A model generated the notes under the pieces. It had not been told where the DNA came from, searched no databases, and saw only the letters and a list, made by a program, of their open reading frames with translations. From assembly GCF_037902255.1 (NCBI RefSeq), contig NZ_CP147990.1:1170001-1202000 (forward strand): DNA of 32,000 nt. Reading direction: 5' to 3'. The DNA is from Candidatus Electrothrix sp. GW3-4 (GTDB taxonomy: Bacteria; Desulfobacterota; Desulfobulbia; Desulfobulbales; Desulfobulbaceae). The position numbers were made by a program, and so were the translations under genes. Shown piece after piece: positions 1-8,694 of the stretch (its first letter is position 1; every line of letters begins with the position of its first letter).

Positions 1-2
1 AA

Positions 3-287
3 TTACCCCGACAATCCTTATCCGAAGTTTCAACAGGTTCAATCCATGCCCCGCGTGGAAAGGGCGACTTCAAACGAATGCATACATTTGATCGGATCGC
101 AACTATGCAGTTCAGCAGCCGGACCTATCTGATGAGATTAAGCAAAGCAGTGCTTACGTACCGGAAGATCGGGCTCACCTATAAAGATATGAGCGACCTT
201 GCCTTGGCAGAGGAATACATCAGCAGTTCTCTCTCCAAAGAGAGCTACGGTGCTGGTACGTGTGTACAAGTTGCAGGATTTGCCTGA
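3..287 (+). CDS. 3' end of an ORF entering from left of the window; function unknown
   Basis: Frame 3 is open from base 3 to TGA at 285-287 (LPRQSLSEVSTGSIHAPRGKGDFKRMHTFDR...CVQVAGFA*). I recognise no motif, so it may be non-coding. Confidence 0.25.
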   Translation, partial: LPRQSLSEVSTGSIHAPRGKGDFKRMHTFDRIATMQFSSRTYLMRLSKAVLTYRKIGLTYKDMSDLALAEEYISSSLSKESYGAGTCVQVAGFA

Positions 288-337
288 TGCAGCTCCTGCT
301 GTCCGCTCAGGCCGGTTTTAGCGAGTAAGATTCACCC

Positions 338-880
338 TTATTTCGTACTCTCAGCAGGGTACTCTGCCCCTTTCCAGGCAAAGATACCGCCAGGATGACG
401 CAGGACCTTGGTGTAGCCCAGTTTTCTTGCCCACATGGCCCCGTTATGACTGCGGGTACATTTGACAAAACCGCAGTAGACCACAATGGTTTTGTCTTTA
501 TCCGTCCCTAACAGAGCTGCATAATCTTCCTGGCTCTTTCCTCTTGTCTCCTTGCTGTCCCAGCTCTCCATGGGGGGGATGGGAAAGAGAAACTGCTTGG
601 CCCCAGGGATGTGGTTTTTCTTGTAGCTATCCTCATACGGCATGGTGTCGATGATCAGGATATCCTCGCCAGCGTCAATGAGCTTTTTTAACTCCTCAGT
701 GGTGATCAGTCCATAATCACCCTGCACGGTCTCGCGGGCCAGCTTGACCGCCCCTTGCTCCTTTTCCACCTCCTTTGCAAATTTGTTTTCGCCAAACCCG
801 AATGCAGAGGCAGAGCTTGCCCCCAGGGTCAGTACGGCGCCAACCATTGTCCAGGTGAGAAGTTTTTTCATATTACGCAT
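338..880 (-). CDS. exported rhodanese-domain sulfurtransferase
   Basis: N-terminal signal peptide MKKLLTWTMVGAVLTLGASSASA. Rhodanese-like core IIDTMPYEDSYKKNHIPGAKQF...IVVYCGFVKCTRSHNGAMWARKLGY with an active-site Cys loop. SD AAGGAGA lies 5 nt upstream of the ATG. Confidence 0.8.
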   Translation of the reverse strand: MRNMKKLLTWTMVGAVLTLGASSASAFGFGENKFAKEVEKEQGAVKLARETVQGDYGLITTEELKKLIDAGEDILIIDTMPYEDSYKKNHIPGAKQFLFPIPPMESWDSKETRGKSQEDYAALLGTDKDKTIVVYCGFVKCTRSHNGAMWARKLGYTKVLRHPGGIFAWKGAEYPAESTK

Positions 881-1409
881 TGTTTTCTCCTTTTGTTGAG
901 AAATTTATTGTTTTCCCGGTGTTCCGGGAGCTATATTTGGATAAAAAAGGAAATGCTGTAAGGTGGCGCAGGCGCATTGCCGTGACGAAGCGGTACCCGT
1001 AGAGAAAGAGACAGCCCGCCAGCATCACCAGATCACGATACACGGCCTGGTAGAGCCCTTGGGCGCCATTATCCTGTTGATCCCCGGAGCCAAAACAGCC
1101 ACAATCCACGGCAAGGCCGAGATGAATGCCATACATGAGCACGGCAATAAAGAGGAGCAGAAGGAGAGTAATGCCTGTTAGACCTCCCCGTAGGTCCAGC
1201 AGGAGAGCAAGGGCTGCAATGAGCTCTGCAACAACCAGCAAGACCGCTGTCGGGAGGACGAATCCCTCCGGGACCAGACCGTAATCGCTGATGGTCAGAG
1301 CAAAAGAGGGCAGTGCAAAGAGCTTGCCAGCAGCTGCATAGAGGAAGAGAGCACTGATCAGCAGGCGGGTGCCATGATAGCCCCATAGCAAGGCAGTATG
1401 GGTTAGCAT
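873..1409 (-). CDS. MauE/DoxX-like integral membrane protein
   Basis: Four hydrophobic helices and the DCGCFG motif typical of the MauE family. Its stop overlaps the rhodanese start by 8 nt (ATGCGTAA). SD AGGAGA lies 7 nt upstream of the ATG. Confidence 0.7.
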   Translation of the reverse strand: MLTHTALLWGYHGTRLLISALFLYAAAGKLFALPSFALTISDYGLVPEGFVLPTAVLLVVAELIAALALLLDLRGGLTGITLLLLLFIAVLMYGIHLGLAVDCGCFGSGDQQDNGAQGLYQAVYRDLVMLAGCLFLYGYRFVTAMRLRHLTAFPFLSKYSSRNTGKTINFSTKGENNA

Positions 1410-1991
1410 GGGGCTGTCTCCTGGTGCGAGATAGGGGCAATAAGGGGTACTCGGCGGAAAAAGGCGCTTTCCCTGTTCGACAGGGGAGGGGGTCTAAGAT
1501 TTGACAGCTTCATCTGTGCATTATCCGGTCATGTTCAGCCTCAGCCTGAATCGGCAGGCATTTCATTCCCGCATCATGAAACAATGAAGCCCAGGTACAA
1601 GGAGTAAGGGCAGGTTCAGGAAAGCAGAAGAGAAAATGCGCGTGCCGTCAGCGCACCCAACCTGGGCGGCCTTGTCAGACAATTTCCTCAGTATCTTTTC
1701 GGCAAGTGCATAGCGTTTTTCGATGGTTGGTGGAAAAAGGATGGTTTGTTTTGGGGCTGTCTATAAAACAGATTGTCTGCGCCGTCAATGGGAAATCTAG
1801 TTCTTTTGGGCGGAACTCTGAGCTGTGTTGCAGGAATCGTGATGAGGAAACCCCGTTGACAAGGGAACAAAGGCTGCGTAAACTCCTACTCAGTAAGAGA
1901 ACTGTATCTCTGACTTGTTGAGCAGACATGATGAGTTGGCCGATCCCCTGTATTGTCGTGAAGAGCTGGCTCTCGTTGATTATTAAGAGAT

Positions 1992-2013
1992 AGGTCGTAG
2001 AGAGGTCGTAGAG
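1992..2013. repeat. perfect 11-bp tandem duplication (aggtcgtagag x2) ending 1 nt before the can start codon
   Basis: Read directly: 1992-2002 equals 2003-2013. The duplication junction creates GAGAGG 9 nt upstream of ATG 2015. Confidence 0.9.
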
Positions 2014-2014
2014 C

Positions 2015-2680
2015 ATGCGGAAGTTAAAAGAGGTTTTTGAGCAAAACAGACTATGGGCAGAAAGAGTACGGGCGTCTGATCCGAGCTTTTTTAAAAAGCT
2101 TTCAGAACAGCAGAACCCTGAGTATCTTTGGATTGGTTGTGCTGACAGCCGGGTACCGGCAAATCAGATTATTGATGCCCTTCCTGGTGAGGTCTTTGTT
2201 CATCGGAATATTGCAAATGTTGTGGTCCATTCTGACTTGAACTGCCTGTCCGTGATTCAGTATGCCATCGATATCCTCAAGATAAAACATATTATCGTCT
2301 GTGGACATTATGGCTGTGGTGGTATTAAGGCTGCCTGGGAGGATAAAGAGCACGGGTTGATTGATAATTGGCTCAGGAATATTAAAGATGTTCAGCGTTT
2401 TCACCAGGATGAACTTGATAACCTCACCAGCGAAAAGGAAAAGATAGATCGTCTCTGCGAGCTAAACGTCATAGAGCAGGTGGTGAATGTCTGTCAAACA
2501 ACAGTTGTGCAGGGGGCCTGGAAATCGGGGCAGGAGCTGGCCGTGCATGGCTGGATCTACAGCATTGAAGATGGCATATTACGCGACTTGAATATCTGCA
2601 TTACCAAGAGCGAAGAAATCCCCAACACCCTGGAGGATGGCCTGTGCTTTACCCGGTATGCGGCAATCAAGATCGGCTAG
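2015..2680 (+). CDS. can: beta-class carbonic anhydrase (Can/CynT type, cytoplasmic)
   Basis: Zn-ligand and active-site motifs WIGCADSRVP and VCGHYGCGGI are present. Length of 221 aa is typical and there is no signal peptide. Confidence 0.9.
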   Translation: MRKLKEVFEQNRLWAERVRASDPSFFKKLSEQQNPEYLWIGCADSRVPANQIIDALPGEVFVHRNIANVVVHSDLNCLSVIQYAIDILKIKHIIVCGHYGCGGIKAAWEDKEHGLIDNWLRNIKDVQRFHQDELDNLTSEKEKIDRLCELNVIEQVVNVCQTTVVQGAWKSGQELAVHGWIYSIEDGILRDLNICITKSEEIPNTLEDGLCFTRYAAIKIG

Positions 2681-2794
2681 CAGGGCAAATGGGCATTCGG
2701 GTCAAGCTGTCTTTTTATATTAGCGGTGTCGAGAAAGGAGTGGTACTTCCTGAACAGGAAAATGGTGGCTGATTTTTCAGGATGTATTGTTTTT

Positions 2795-3580
2795 TCACGA
2801 TAACAATTTGATAATAGACCCGTTTCGCCCTGTTCTCCCTGGCTTGCCCTGCTTTTTTGTTGCTCTGCGAAAAGAGAAAAAATCCTTATTACACATGGTG
2901 CATATTTCCGTTGCCCTGATATGCGCTTCAAGCAAGCCTGCTTCCACCAACTGCCAGCGACTGATCTTCCAAAAATTAAAATAATTATCCGCAACCCGCC
3001 ACTGCTGAAAGGACGGAGGGAGCTCTTGTTCATAATGAATGAATTCTGCACAACAAGGTCCTAAGGAAGGACTGATGACGGCCCGCAGATCTTCAGGAGA
3101 GGTGCCGAAGTTCTCCTCCATCGTCTTAACGGTTTTTGCAATGATATTTGCGACACTACCTCTCCAACCGTTATGGACAGCAGCAATAACCTGGCGCAGC
3201 GGGTCATAAAGGAGCACGGCCTGACAATCTGCCTGCTGAATAAGAAGCCCCACTCCTTTTTGTCGGGTGACCAGGGCGTCGGTACCTTGATATTCATGAT
3301 CACTGTCCAGGCCCTCCACGATGAGAACCTGATCACCATGTACCTGTACGGTTGAGGCCAGATATTGCACCTTCAGCTCTTTTTTTACCTTGTCTCTGTT
3401 CTCCCGGACAGCGGCAGGCTCGTCGCCAACCCCATAACTAAGATTCAGGCTGGTAAAAGGTGATACGCTGACACCGCCCTGACGAGTGAACATGGCGTGT
3501 GGGGTGGTGATGAGCAGAGAGCTATAAAAAAACAGATCAGGCTGTTGGGGAGATTGGTCTGGTCGGGAGCGTTTTTTCAT
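2795..3580 (-). CDS. pgeF: PgeF/YfiH (DUF152) purine-nucleoside phosphorylase / peptidoglycan-editing factor family protein
   Basis: Family motifs LIQQADCQAVLLYDP, AAVHNGWRG and EICTMCN..FFSFRR. Confidence 0.8.
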   Translation of the reverse strand: MKKRSRPDQSPQQPDLFFYSSLLITTPHAMFTRQGGVSVSPFTSLNLSYGVGDEPAAVRENRDKVKKELKVQYLASTVQVHGDQVLIVEGLDSDHEYQGTDALVTRQKGVGLLIQQADCQAVLLYDPLRQVIAAVHNGWRGSVANIIAKTVKTMEENFGTSPEDLRAVISPSLGPCCAEFIHYEQELPPSFQQWRVADNYFNFWKISRWQLVEAGLLEAHIRATEICTMCNKDFFSFRRATKKQGKPGRTGRNGSIIKLLS

Positions 3581-3611
3581 GTGGTTCTTGTCTGGGTCTC
3601 TTTTGGTGGAG

Positions 3612-3640
3612 AAAAAAGGGGAAGTCCTGTGACTTTCCCC
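3612..3640 (-). terminator. intrinsic terminator downstream of the outer-membrane protein gene
   Basis: On the minus strand the hairpin GGGGAAAGTC-acag-GACTTCCCC is followed by TTTTTT. Confidence 0.7.
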
Positions 3641-3706
3641 CGAAAAATATGCCTTCTCAAAGCCAACGCAGTCTGACGCAGTTGATTCTGGCCGGAGGGA
3701 ACAGAC

Positions 3707-5359
3707 CTAGAAGAAGACATCCAGGGTGAGATACACTTGGTCTGCGCTCTCCAGCGGTACCACAGAACCAGACTCGGTGGCCATGTTCAGGGCGGCTGTC
3801 ATCATGGCAGGATCATCTGTGTCATAGGGTTTGGTGATCCAGTCATTGCCGGTGTAATCGTATGCATAATGCTGATATCCCAGACGGACAAAGGTCTTGG
3901 CGTACTTGGAGATCGCCTCTCCGGCAGGAAGGTCGTAGATCATGTACAGCTCACCAACATGGCCTCGGGTTGCCAGCTTGGCCAGGTAGAGATCGTCATG
4001 TCCAGGATTAAAGGCAATCCAGTACTGAGAGCCGTAGTTGTATTCGACACCGATCTTTACACCGAGATCAGAAAAATCGTAGCGAAGGCCAGTATACAGG
4101 GAGTATCCGCTTTCACTGTCCGTGTTTGGTCGCCAATCCGGATTAGGGGTCATACTGCCGTCGGCCTGCATCACCATAGAGGTGGCATAATCGTTGAGCA
4201 TGCCATGACCGCCCGGATCGGTTTTGCTCCAACCGCCGGAAACGAAATAGGTGAAGTCGCCTGCTGTTGCCTGATACACAGCAGAGGTGTGATGGATATT
4301 TCCCTCAGTATAGTTCGCTGTCTGTTCGTCCATCATGGCATTAAAATCATCGTCCAGGAAGTTCGGGTGCATAAACATATTCATAGCGAGAAAGGATTGG
4401 ACATAGAGCAGACGATCCTCTGTTTCCATCACATCCCAACTGAGACCGGCAATATCGGTGTCGTCCAGCGGGTACATGTCCGTGGAACCATAATAGGTTG
4501 CAGCATCCCATTGCACCCCGTTTTCAAATCCCCGGCCATAACAGAAGCGGACACGACCCAATCCCATGCTGTCATTGCCCCAATCGTATTGGTATCCCAG
4601 AGAAGCACCGTCAAAGGCATACTCCATCTGGGCCGAGGCCGTTGCCATACGTTCGTCAACACCAAGACGAATCTGGCTTGGCATGCCGTCTGTGGTCGGT
4701 CGGCGCCCAATGGACAACCATACAGGGGCCCCACCGATATTGGTCCAGTTCACATAGGCCCGATCAACCCGTACGGCGTTGTCAGAAGGTGTCCGGGTTG
4801 AATTGCCGTCAAAGAGGGGCCACCAGCTATTCAGATCGTTTCTGGTATAGCTCTCCATGCCCCAGGTTTTGTACATGGCCAATCGTCCCTTGAATTTAAT
4901 ATCTTCCGTGGCCTTGACCTCCATATTGAGGCGAAATCTATTCGTGAAAAAGGTATCGCTGCTGTACTCGCGCCCACTTTCCTGGGCACCACTTGCAGGG
5001 TTGAGGTAATCAGCACCGGTTGCATTATAATAATCAAGTCGAGAGCGAAAATCGCCGGACCAGAGAAATCGTGCTGCCAGATCCCAGGCCTCGGATCGCT
5101 CGTCAAGAAGATCGTCCATGTCCTCCAGCCTGCTTTCCATATCTTCCAGTGTTTCAGTCATGGCCTGCAATTTTGTATCATTTTCAGCCGCGATCTCATC
5201 TTTACGGGCGAGTTCCCCCTGGAGCTGGTCGACCTGTTGGACGAGCTCTTCAACCTTTTCGTCAGAAATATTCGTCGCTCCCCTTTCACCCCCTGCCATG
5301 ACAGCAGCAGGCAGGGCTATCATTCCGGCAAGTGTCAGTACTGAAAATGCTTTTTTCAT
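3707..5359 (-). CDS. outer-membrane beta-barrel protein/putative porin with N-terminal coiled coil (DUF3373-like)
   Basis: Signal peptide MKKAFSVLTLAGMIALPAAVMA. A roughly 70-aa acidic heptad-like segment (EELVQQVDQLQGELARKDEI...LEDMESRLEDMDDLL). An aromatic/Gly-rich alternating pattern ends in the C-terminal ...YLTLDVFF, with the terminal Phe typical of OMPs. The DUF3373 assignment is from memory of that family's architecture. Confidence 0.7.
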   Translation of the reverse strand: MKKAFSVLTLAGMIALPAAVMAGGERGATNISDEKVEELVQQVDQLQGELARKDEIAAENDTKLQAMTETLEDMESRLEDMDDLLDERSEAWDLAARFLWSGDFRSRLDYYNATGADYLNPASGAQESGREYSSDTFFTNRFRLNMEVKATEDIKFKGRLAMYKTWGMESYTRNDLNSWWPLFDGNSTRTPSDNAVRVDRAYVNWTNIGGAPVWLSIGRRPTTDGMPSQIRLGVDERMATASAQMEYAFDGASLGYQYDWGNDSMGLGRVRFCYGRGFENGVQWDAATYYGSTDMYPLDDTDIAGLSWDVMETEDRLLYVQSFLAMNMFMHPNFLDDDFNAMMDEQTANYTEGNIHHTSAVYQATAGDFTYFVSGGWSKTDPGGHGMLNDYATSMVMQADGSMTPNPDWRPNTDSESGYSLYTGLRYDFSDLGVKIGVEYNYGSQYWIAFNPGHDDLYLAKLATRGHVGELYMIYDLPAGEAISKYAKTFVRLGYQHYAYDYTGNDWITKPYDTDDPAMMTAALNMATESGSVVPLESADQVYLTLDVFF

Positions 5360-5543
5360 GTCGTCCTCGCGTTGATTTTGTTTATAACCATGCTGTCTGA
5401 TCAGGTTGCTGACCAGACGCCTTTAAGATAGAGTGCAAAATATGATAAAGTATAAACGATTGCTCCGAGTGGTTACAAAAAAAAATAAATTTTTTGTATA
5501 ATTTTTTGGTGTCAGTCCGCAGCACAGCAATCTAATAAAGCAG

Positions 5544-5572
5544 TTGACCACTGCGGATAAGGAGAATATACT
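5544..5572 (+). promoter_or_regulatory. candidate sigma70-type promoter for the radical-SAM/hemE/HD cluster
   Basis: TTGACC (5544-5549), a 17-nt spacer, then TATACT (5567-5572), about 60 nt upstream of ATG 5634 in an AT-rich divergent intergenic region. Confidence 0.35.
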
Positions 5573-5633
5573 TCAATTTTCTTGAGCAATAAGACAAGAG
5601 TCATCCTTAACATTATAGCAAGAGTATCAGATA

Positions 5634-6686
5634 ATGAATTTTGAACCGAAATGGATCGCCTGGGAAATCACCCGTCGTTGCAATCTCAACTGTGTGCATT
5701 GCCGATCTTCTTCTGAGCTTGAAATTGCAGGTCATCCTGATTGTTCTTTTGCGGAGGCAAAGCGGGTTCTGGATGATATCAAGTCCTATGCTGATCCGGT
5801 CATGGTCCTTTCAGGTGGGGAGCCCCTTTTGCGCCCTGATGTTTTTGATATTGCGTCCTATGGAACGAGTCTTGGGCTGCGCATGTGTCTGGCTACCAAC
5901 GGTACCCTGGTAACCGAAGAAACCTGTCGCCATATTAAAGAATCCGGCATAAAAATGGTTTCCCTGAGCCTGGATGGCTCCACTGCTGAGGTGCATGATA
6001 ACTTTCGCAACCAGCCTGGGGCCTTTGCAGGCACCATGAAGGCTATCCAGCTCTTTAACGAACATGGGATTCCATTTCTTATTAACTCCTCCTTCACGAA
6101 AAGGAATAAAACCGAAGCGCCGAAAATTTACGAGTTGGTCAAAAAGCTTGGTGCTACGGCCTGGTATCTGTTTATGATTGTTCCCACCGGGCGCGGCGAG
6201 GAGATCATTGAGGAGCTGATTCCTGAATCAGAATACGAGGATATCCTGAACTGGCATTATGATATGGAAAAAGAAGAGCATGAGATGCTGGTGCGTCCGA
6301 CCTGCGCCCCCCAGTATTACCGGATTGTGCTTCAGCGTTCCAAGGCCGAGGGAGAAAAATTCAAACGTCGTTCTTTGAAATTTTCTACTGGTGGCTCTAA
6401 AGGATGTCTGGCTGGTCAGCTGATCTGTCTTATCGATGTTGATGGTAATGTGCTGCCGTGCAGTTATTTTCCCAAGTCTGGCGGCAATATTCGCGAACAG
6501 TCCTTTCAGGATATTTGGGAAAATTCTGAGCTTTTTATGGAACTTCGTAATTTCAAAGGGTATAAAGATAACTGTGGACGCTGTGAATATGTCAACGTCT
6601 GCGGCGGCTGTCGGGCCCGGGCCTATGCCATGACCGGTGATTATCTGGCCCAGGAACCCTTTTGCACCTATCAGCCCAGAAGCTGA
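5634..6686 (+). CDS. radical SAM/SPASM-domain protein of the NirJ/AhbC/AhbD family (possible heme b synthase AhbD)
   Basis: CNLNCVHC (CxxxCxxC) cluster preceded by WEITRRCN. C-terminal Cys-rich SPASM region CLAGQ...PCSYF...[18 protein letters not shown]. The gene lies directly upstream of hemE. Confidence 0.65.
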   Translation: MNFEPKWIAWEITRRCNLNCVHCRSSSELEIAGHPDCSFAEAKRVLDDIKSYADPVMVLSGGEPLLRPDVFDIASYGTSLGLRMCLATNGTLVTEETCRHIKESGIKMVSLSLDGSTAEVHDNFRNQPGAFAGTMKAIQLFNEHGIPFLINSSFTKRNKTEAPKIYELVKKLGATAWYLFMIVPTGRGEEIIEELIPESEYEDILNWHYDMEKEEHEMLVRPTCAPQYYRIVLQRSKAEGEKFKRRSLKFSTGGSKGCLAGQLICLIDVDGNVLPCSYFPKSGGNIREQSFQDIWENSELFMELRNFKGYKDNCGRCEYVNVCGGCRARAYAMTGDYLAQEPFCTYQPRS

Positions 6687-6741
6687 ACAGCTGTTTTCAA
6701 TCTGAAAACTACTCCCATCCCGCCCCCTCGGAGCGGGATAG

Positions 6742-6775
6742 CAGATAATAATGAAAAACAGATAATAATGAAAAA
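6742..6775. repeat. perfect 17-bp tandem duplication (cagataataatgaaaaa x2) abutting the hemE start codon
   Basis: 6742-6758 equals 6759-6775, and the hemE ATG starts at 6776. Each copy carries an out-of-frame ATG. Confidence 0.9.
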
Positions 6776-7798
6776 ATGAACGATACCTTTCTCAAGGCCT
6801 GTCGTGGCGAAAAAACAGCATATACCCCGGTCTGGTTCATGCGCCAGGCAGGGCGCTATCTTCCCGAATACCAGGCTGTCCGCAGTAAACTGACCTTTCT
6901 TGAGCTCTGTAAAAATCCAGAGCTCTGCACCGAAGTTACCCTGCAGCCTATTGATCGTTTCGGTTTTGACGCCGCTATCCTCTTCTCAGATATCCTTATT
7001 GCCATGGAGGCAATGGGCCTAACCCTGGAGTTCCATGAGGGCCGAGGGCCGATCTTCCCGGATCCGGTCCGTTCGCAGGCTGCTGTCGACCGTCTGATCG
7101 TTCCTGACCCGGACCAGACCATGCCCTTTGTTATGGAGACCATCAGGTTGCTGCGCAAGGAATTGAAGGTCCCGCTGATCGGTTTTTCTGGAGCCCCCTT
7201 TACCTTGGCGACCTATCTGATTGAGGGCGGTTCATCCAAGGTCTTTCTGGAAACCAAACGAATGGCCTTCCAGGAGCCGAAAATGTATCATGCCCTGCTG
7301 CAAAAGATCACCGAATGCACGAGCCTGTATCTCCAGGCCCAGGCCCGGGCCGGTGCCCAGGCCCTGCAGATCTTCGACTCCTGGGCAGGTATCTGGGCCC
7401 CGCATGATTATGCCCGTTTTGCTCTGCCCTATGTGCAGTCAATTATTGCTGATCTGCGCAAGATGACTGATGTGCCTATTATCTATTTTGCCAACAACGG
7501 CTCCACCTTGATCAATCATACGAAAACCGCTGGTGCTGATGTACTCGGCCTGGACTGGCGGCTCAATATCGGGGAGGCCGTGCAAATGGTGGGCGAGCAT
7601 GCGGTGCAGGGAAATCTTGACCCCATTGCCCTCTTTTTGCCGGAAAAGGAACTGGAGCAGCAGATCAAAACAATCCTCAACGATGCCAGGGAGGCCAAGG
7701 GGCATATTTTTAATCTCGGACACGGCATTCTGCCCCAGACGGAACCGGACAAGGCCCGGATTGCTGTTGAGGCCATCCATCGTTTGAGTGCGCAATAA
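6776..7798 (+). CDS. hemE: uroporphyrinogen decarboxylase
   Basis: Canonical N-terminus FLKACRGEKTAYTPVWFMRQAGRYLPEY, plus FSDIL, SGAPFTLA, QIFDSWAG and NLGHGI motifs. Length 340 aa. Confidence 0.95.
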   Translation: MNDTFLKACRGEKTAYTPVWFMRQAGRYLPEYQAVRSKLTFLELCKNPELCTEVTLQPIDRFGFDAAILFSDILIAMEAMGLTLEFHEGRGPIFPDPVRSQAAVDRLIVPDPDQTMPFVMETIRLLRKELKVPLIGFSGAPFTLATYLIEGGSSKVFLETKRMAFQEPKMYHALLQKITECTSLYLQAQARAGAQALQIFDSWAGIWAPHDYARFALPYVQSIIADLRKMTDVPIIYFANNGSTLINHTKTAGADVLGLDWRLNIGEAVQMVGEHAVQGNLDPIALFLPEKELEQQIKTILNDAREAKGHIFNLGHGILPQTEPDKARIAVEAIHRLSAQ

Positions 7799-7823
7799 TT
7801 CGGCCGACAGGAGACTGCTCGTT

Positions 7824-8459
7824 ATGCGCGTTCCAGGGGTTGCTACCTGCATTGCTTTGGTGGAGCAATATAAGATGCTGCCAAATATCCGTCGGCACTC
7901 CTTACTTGTTGCCCGGATTGCCGAGCTGCTTGCCCAGCAACTTCATGAGAGGCTGCCAGAAGGCCAGGTCCCTGATCAGGATCTCTGCGTGAATGGGGCC
8001 CTGCTCCATGATATCGCGAAAACGCCCTGCCTGAAGGAGGGGTGTGATCATGCTGCAACCGGGGCAGAGATCTGTCAACGACACGGGTATCCTGAGATAG
8101 CCGAGATCGTGGCTGGCCATGTGATTCTCCAGGACTTTTCTCCAGAGAGATATAGGCAAGGTCTTTTTCTGGCCCAAGAGATTGTCTACTATGCGGATAA
8201 GCGGGTCCGGCATGACACCATTGTTAGTTTGGACGAACGCCTGGAATATATTCTGGAAAATTATGGGGGAAACGACGAGCGCGTTCAGGGATTGATACGG
8301 GATAACTTCAGCAGGTGTGAGCAGCTTGAGGACGTTCTCTTTACCTTTCTTGATTTTTTTCCTGAGCAATTAGACCGCAAGGTTAAACAGCATGCTGGTC
8401 AGAGCTCTTTAGCTGGACTGTCTTTTGAGGCGACTTGCTCAGAGCAGGGCGTGGTCTGA
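7824..8459 (+). CDS. HD-domain phosphohydrolase (YqeK-like)
   Basis: RRHSLLVA...ALLHDIAKT...HAATGAEI...AGH...YYADKRV pattern of HD metal-dependent hydrolases. The ATG at 7824 with AGGAGA 10 nt upstream is preferred over the in-frame GTG at 7788, which overlaps hemE. Confidence 0.7.
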   Translation: MRVPGVATCIALVEQYKMLPNIRRHSLLVARIAELLAQQLHERLPEGQVPDQDLCVNGALLHDIAKTPCLKEGCDHAATGAEICQRHGYPEIAEIVAGHVILQDFSPERYRQGLFLAQEIVYYADKRVRHDTIVSLDERLEYILENYGGNDERVQGLIRDNFSRCEQLEDVLFTFLDFFPEQLDRKVKQHAGQSSLAGLSFEATCSEQGVV

Positions 8460-8694
8460 GGTTGAGAGATTATCCAGGGCCGCCTGCTCAAAACGATTTT
8501 GAGGGTCAATGCCGAAAAATTTCTTTGCAAGCGTCTTGCTTCCCCTTGAAAAAATACGTATATTGAAATGAGTAGGAAAAATACTCCAGCACCTTCCCCT
8601 ATGATATCGTGACAAAGCTCTCGGCAAATGCGTCGACACCATATATCAACATGCCTCGCCAGATAACGAGCAGATAATAACGGAGTAATAAACT

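Noticed and set aside
1675-2016. 113-aa, 60-aa and 71-aa overlapping ORFs upstream of can
   Set aside because: They overlap one another on both strands, lack SD sequences and have no recognisable motifs. The region is treated as non-coding leader.
3737-4801. 354-aa ORF on the + strand
   Set aside because: It is entirely antisense to the well-supported outer-membrane protein gene. The composition is Gly/Arg/His/Val-rich and typical of a shadow ORF, with no motifs.
7788-7823. GTG start for the HD-domain gene overlapping the hemE stop
   Set aside because: It is possible but less supported than ATG 7824, which has AGGAGA 10 nt upstream. The extra 12 residues are not part of the HD domain.
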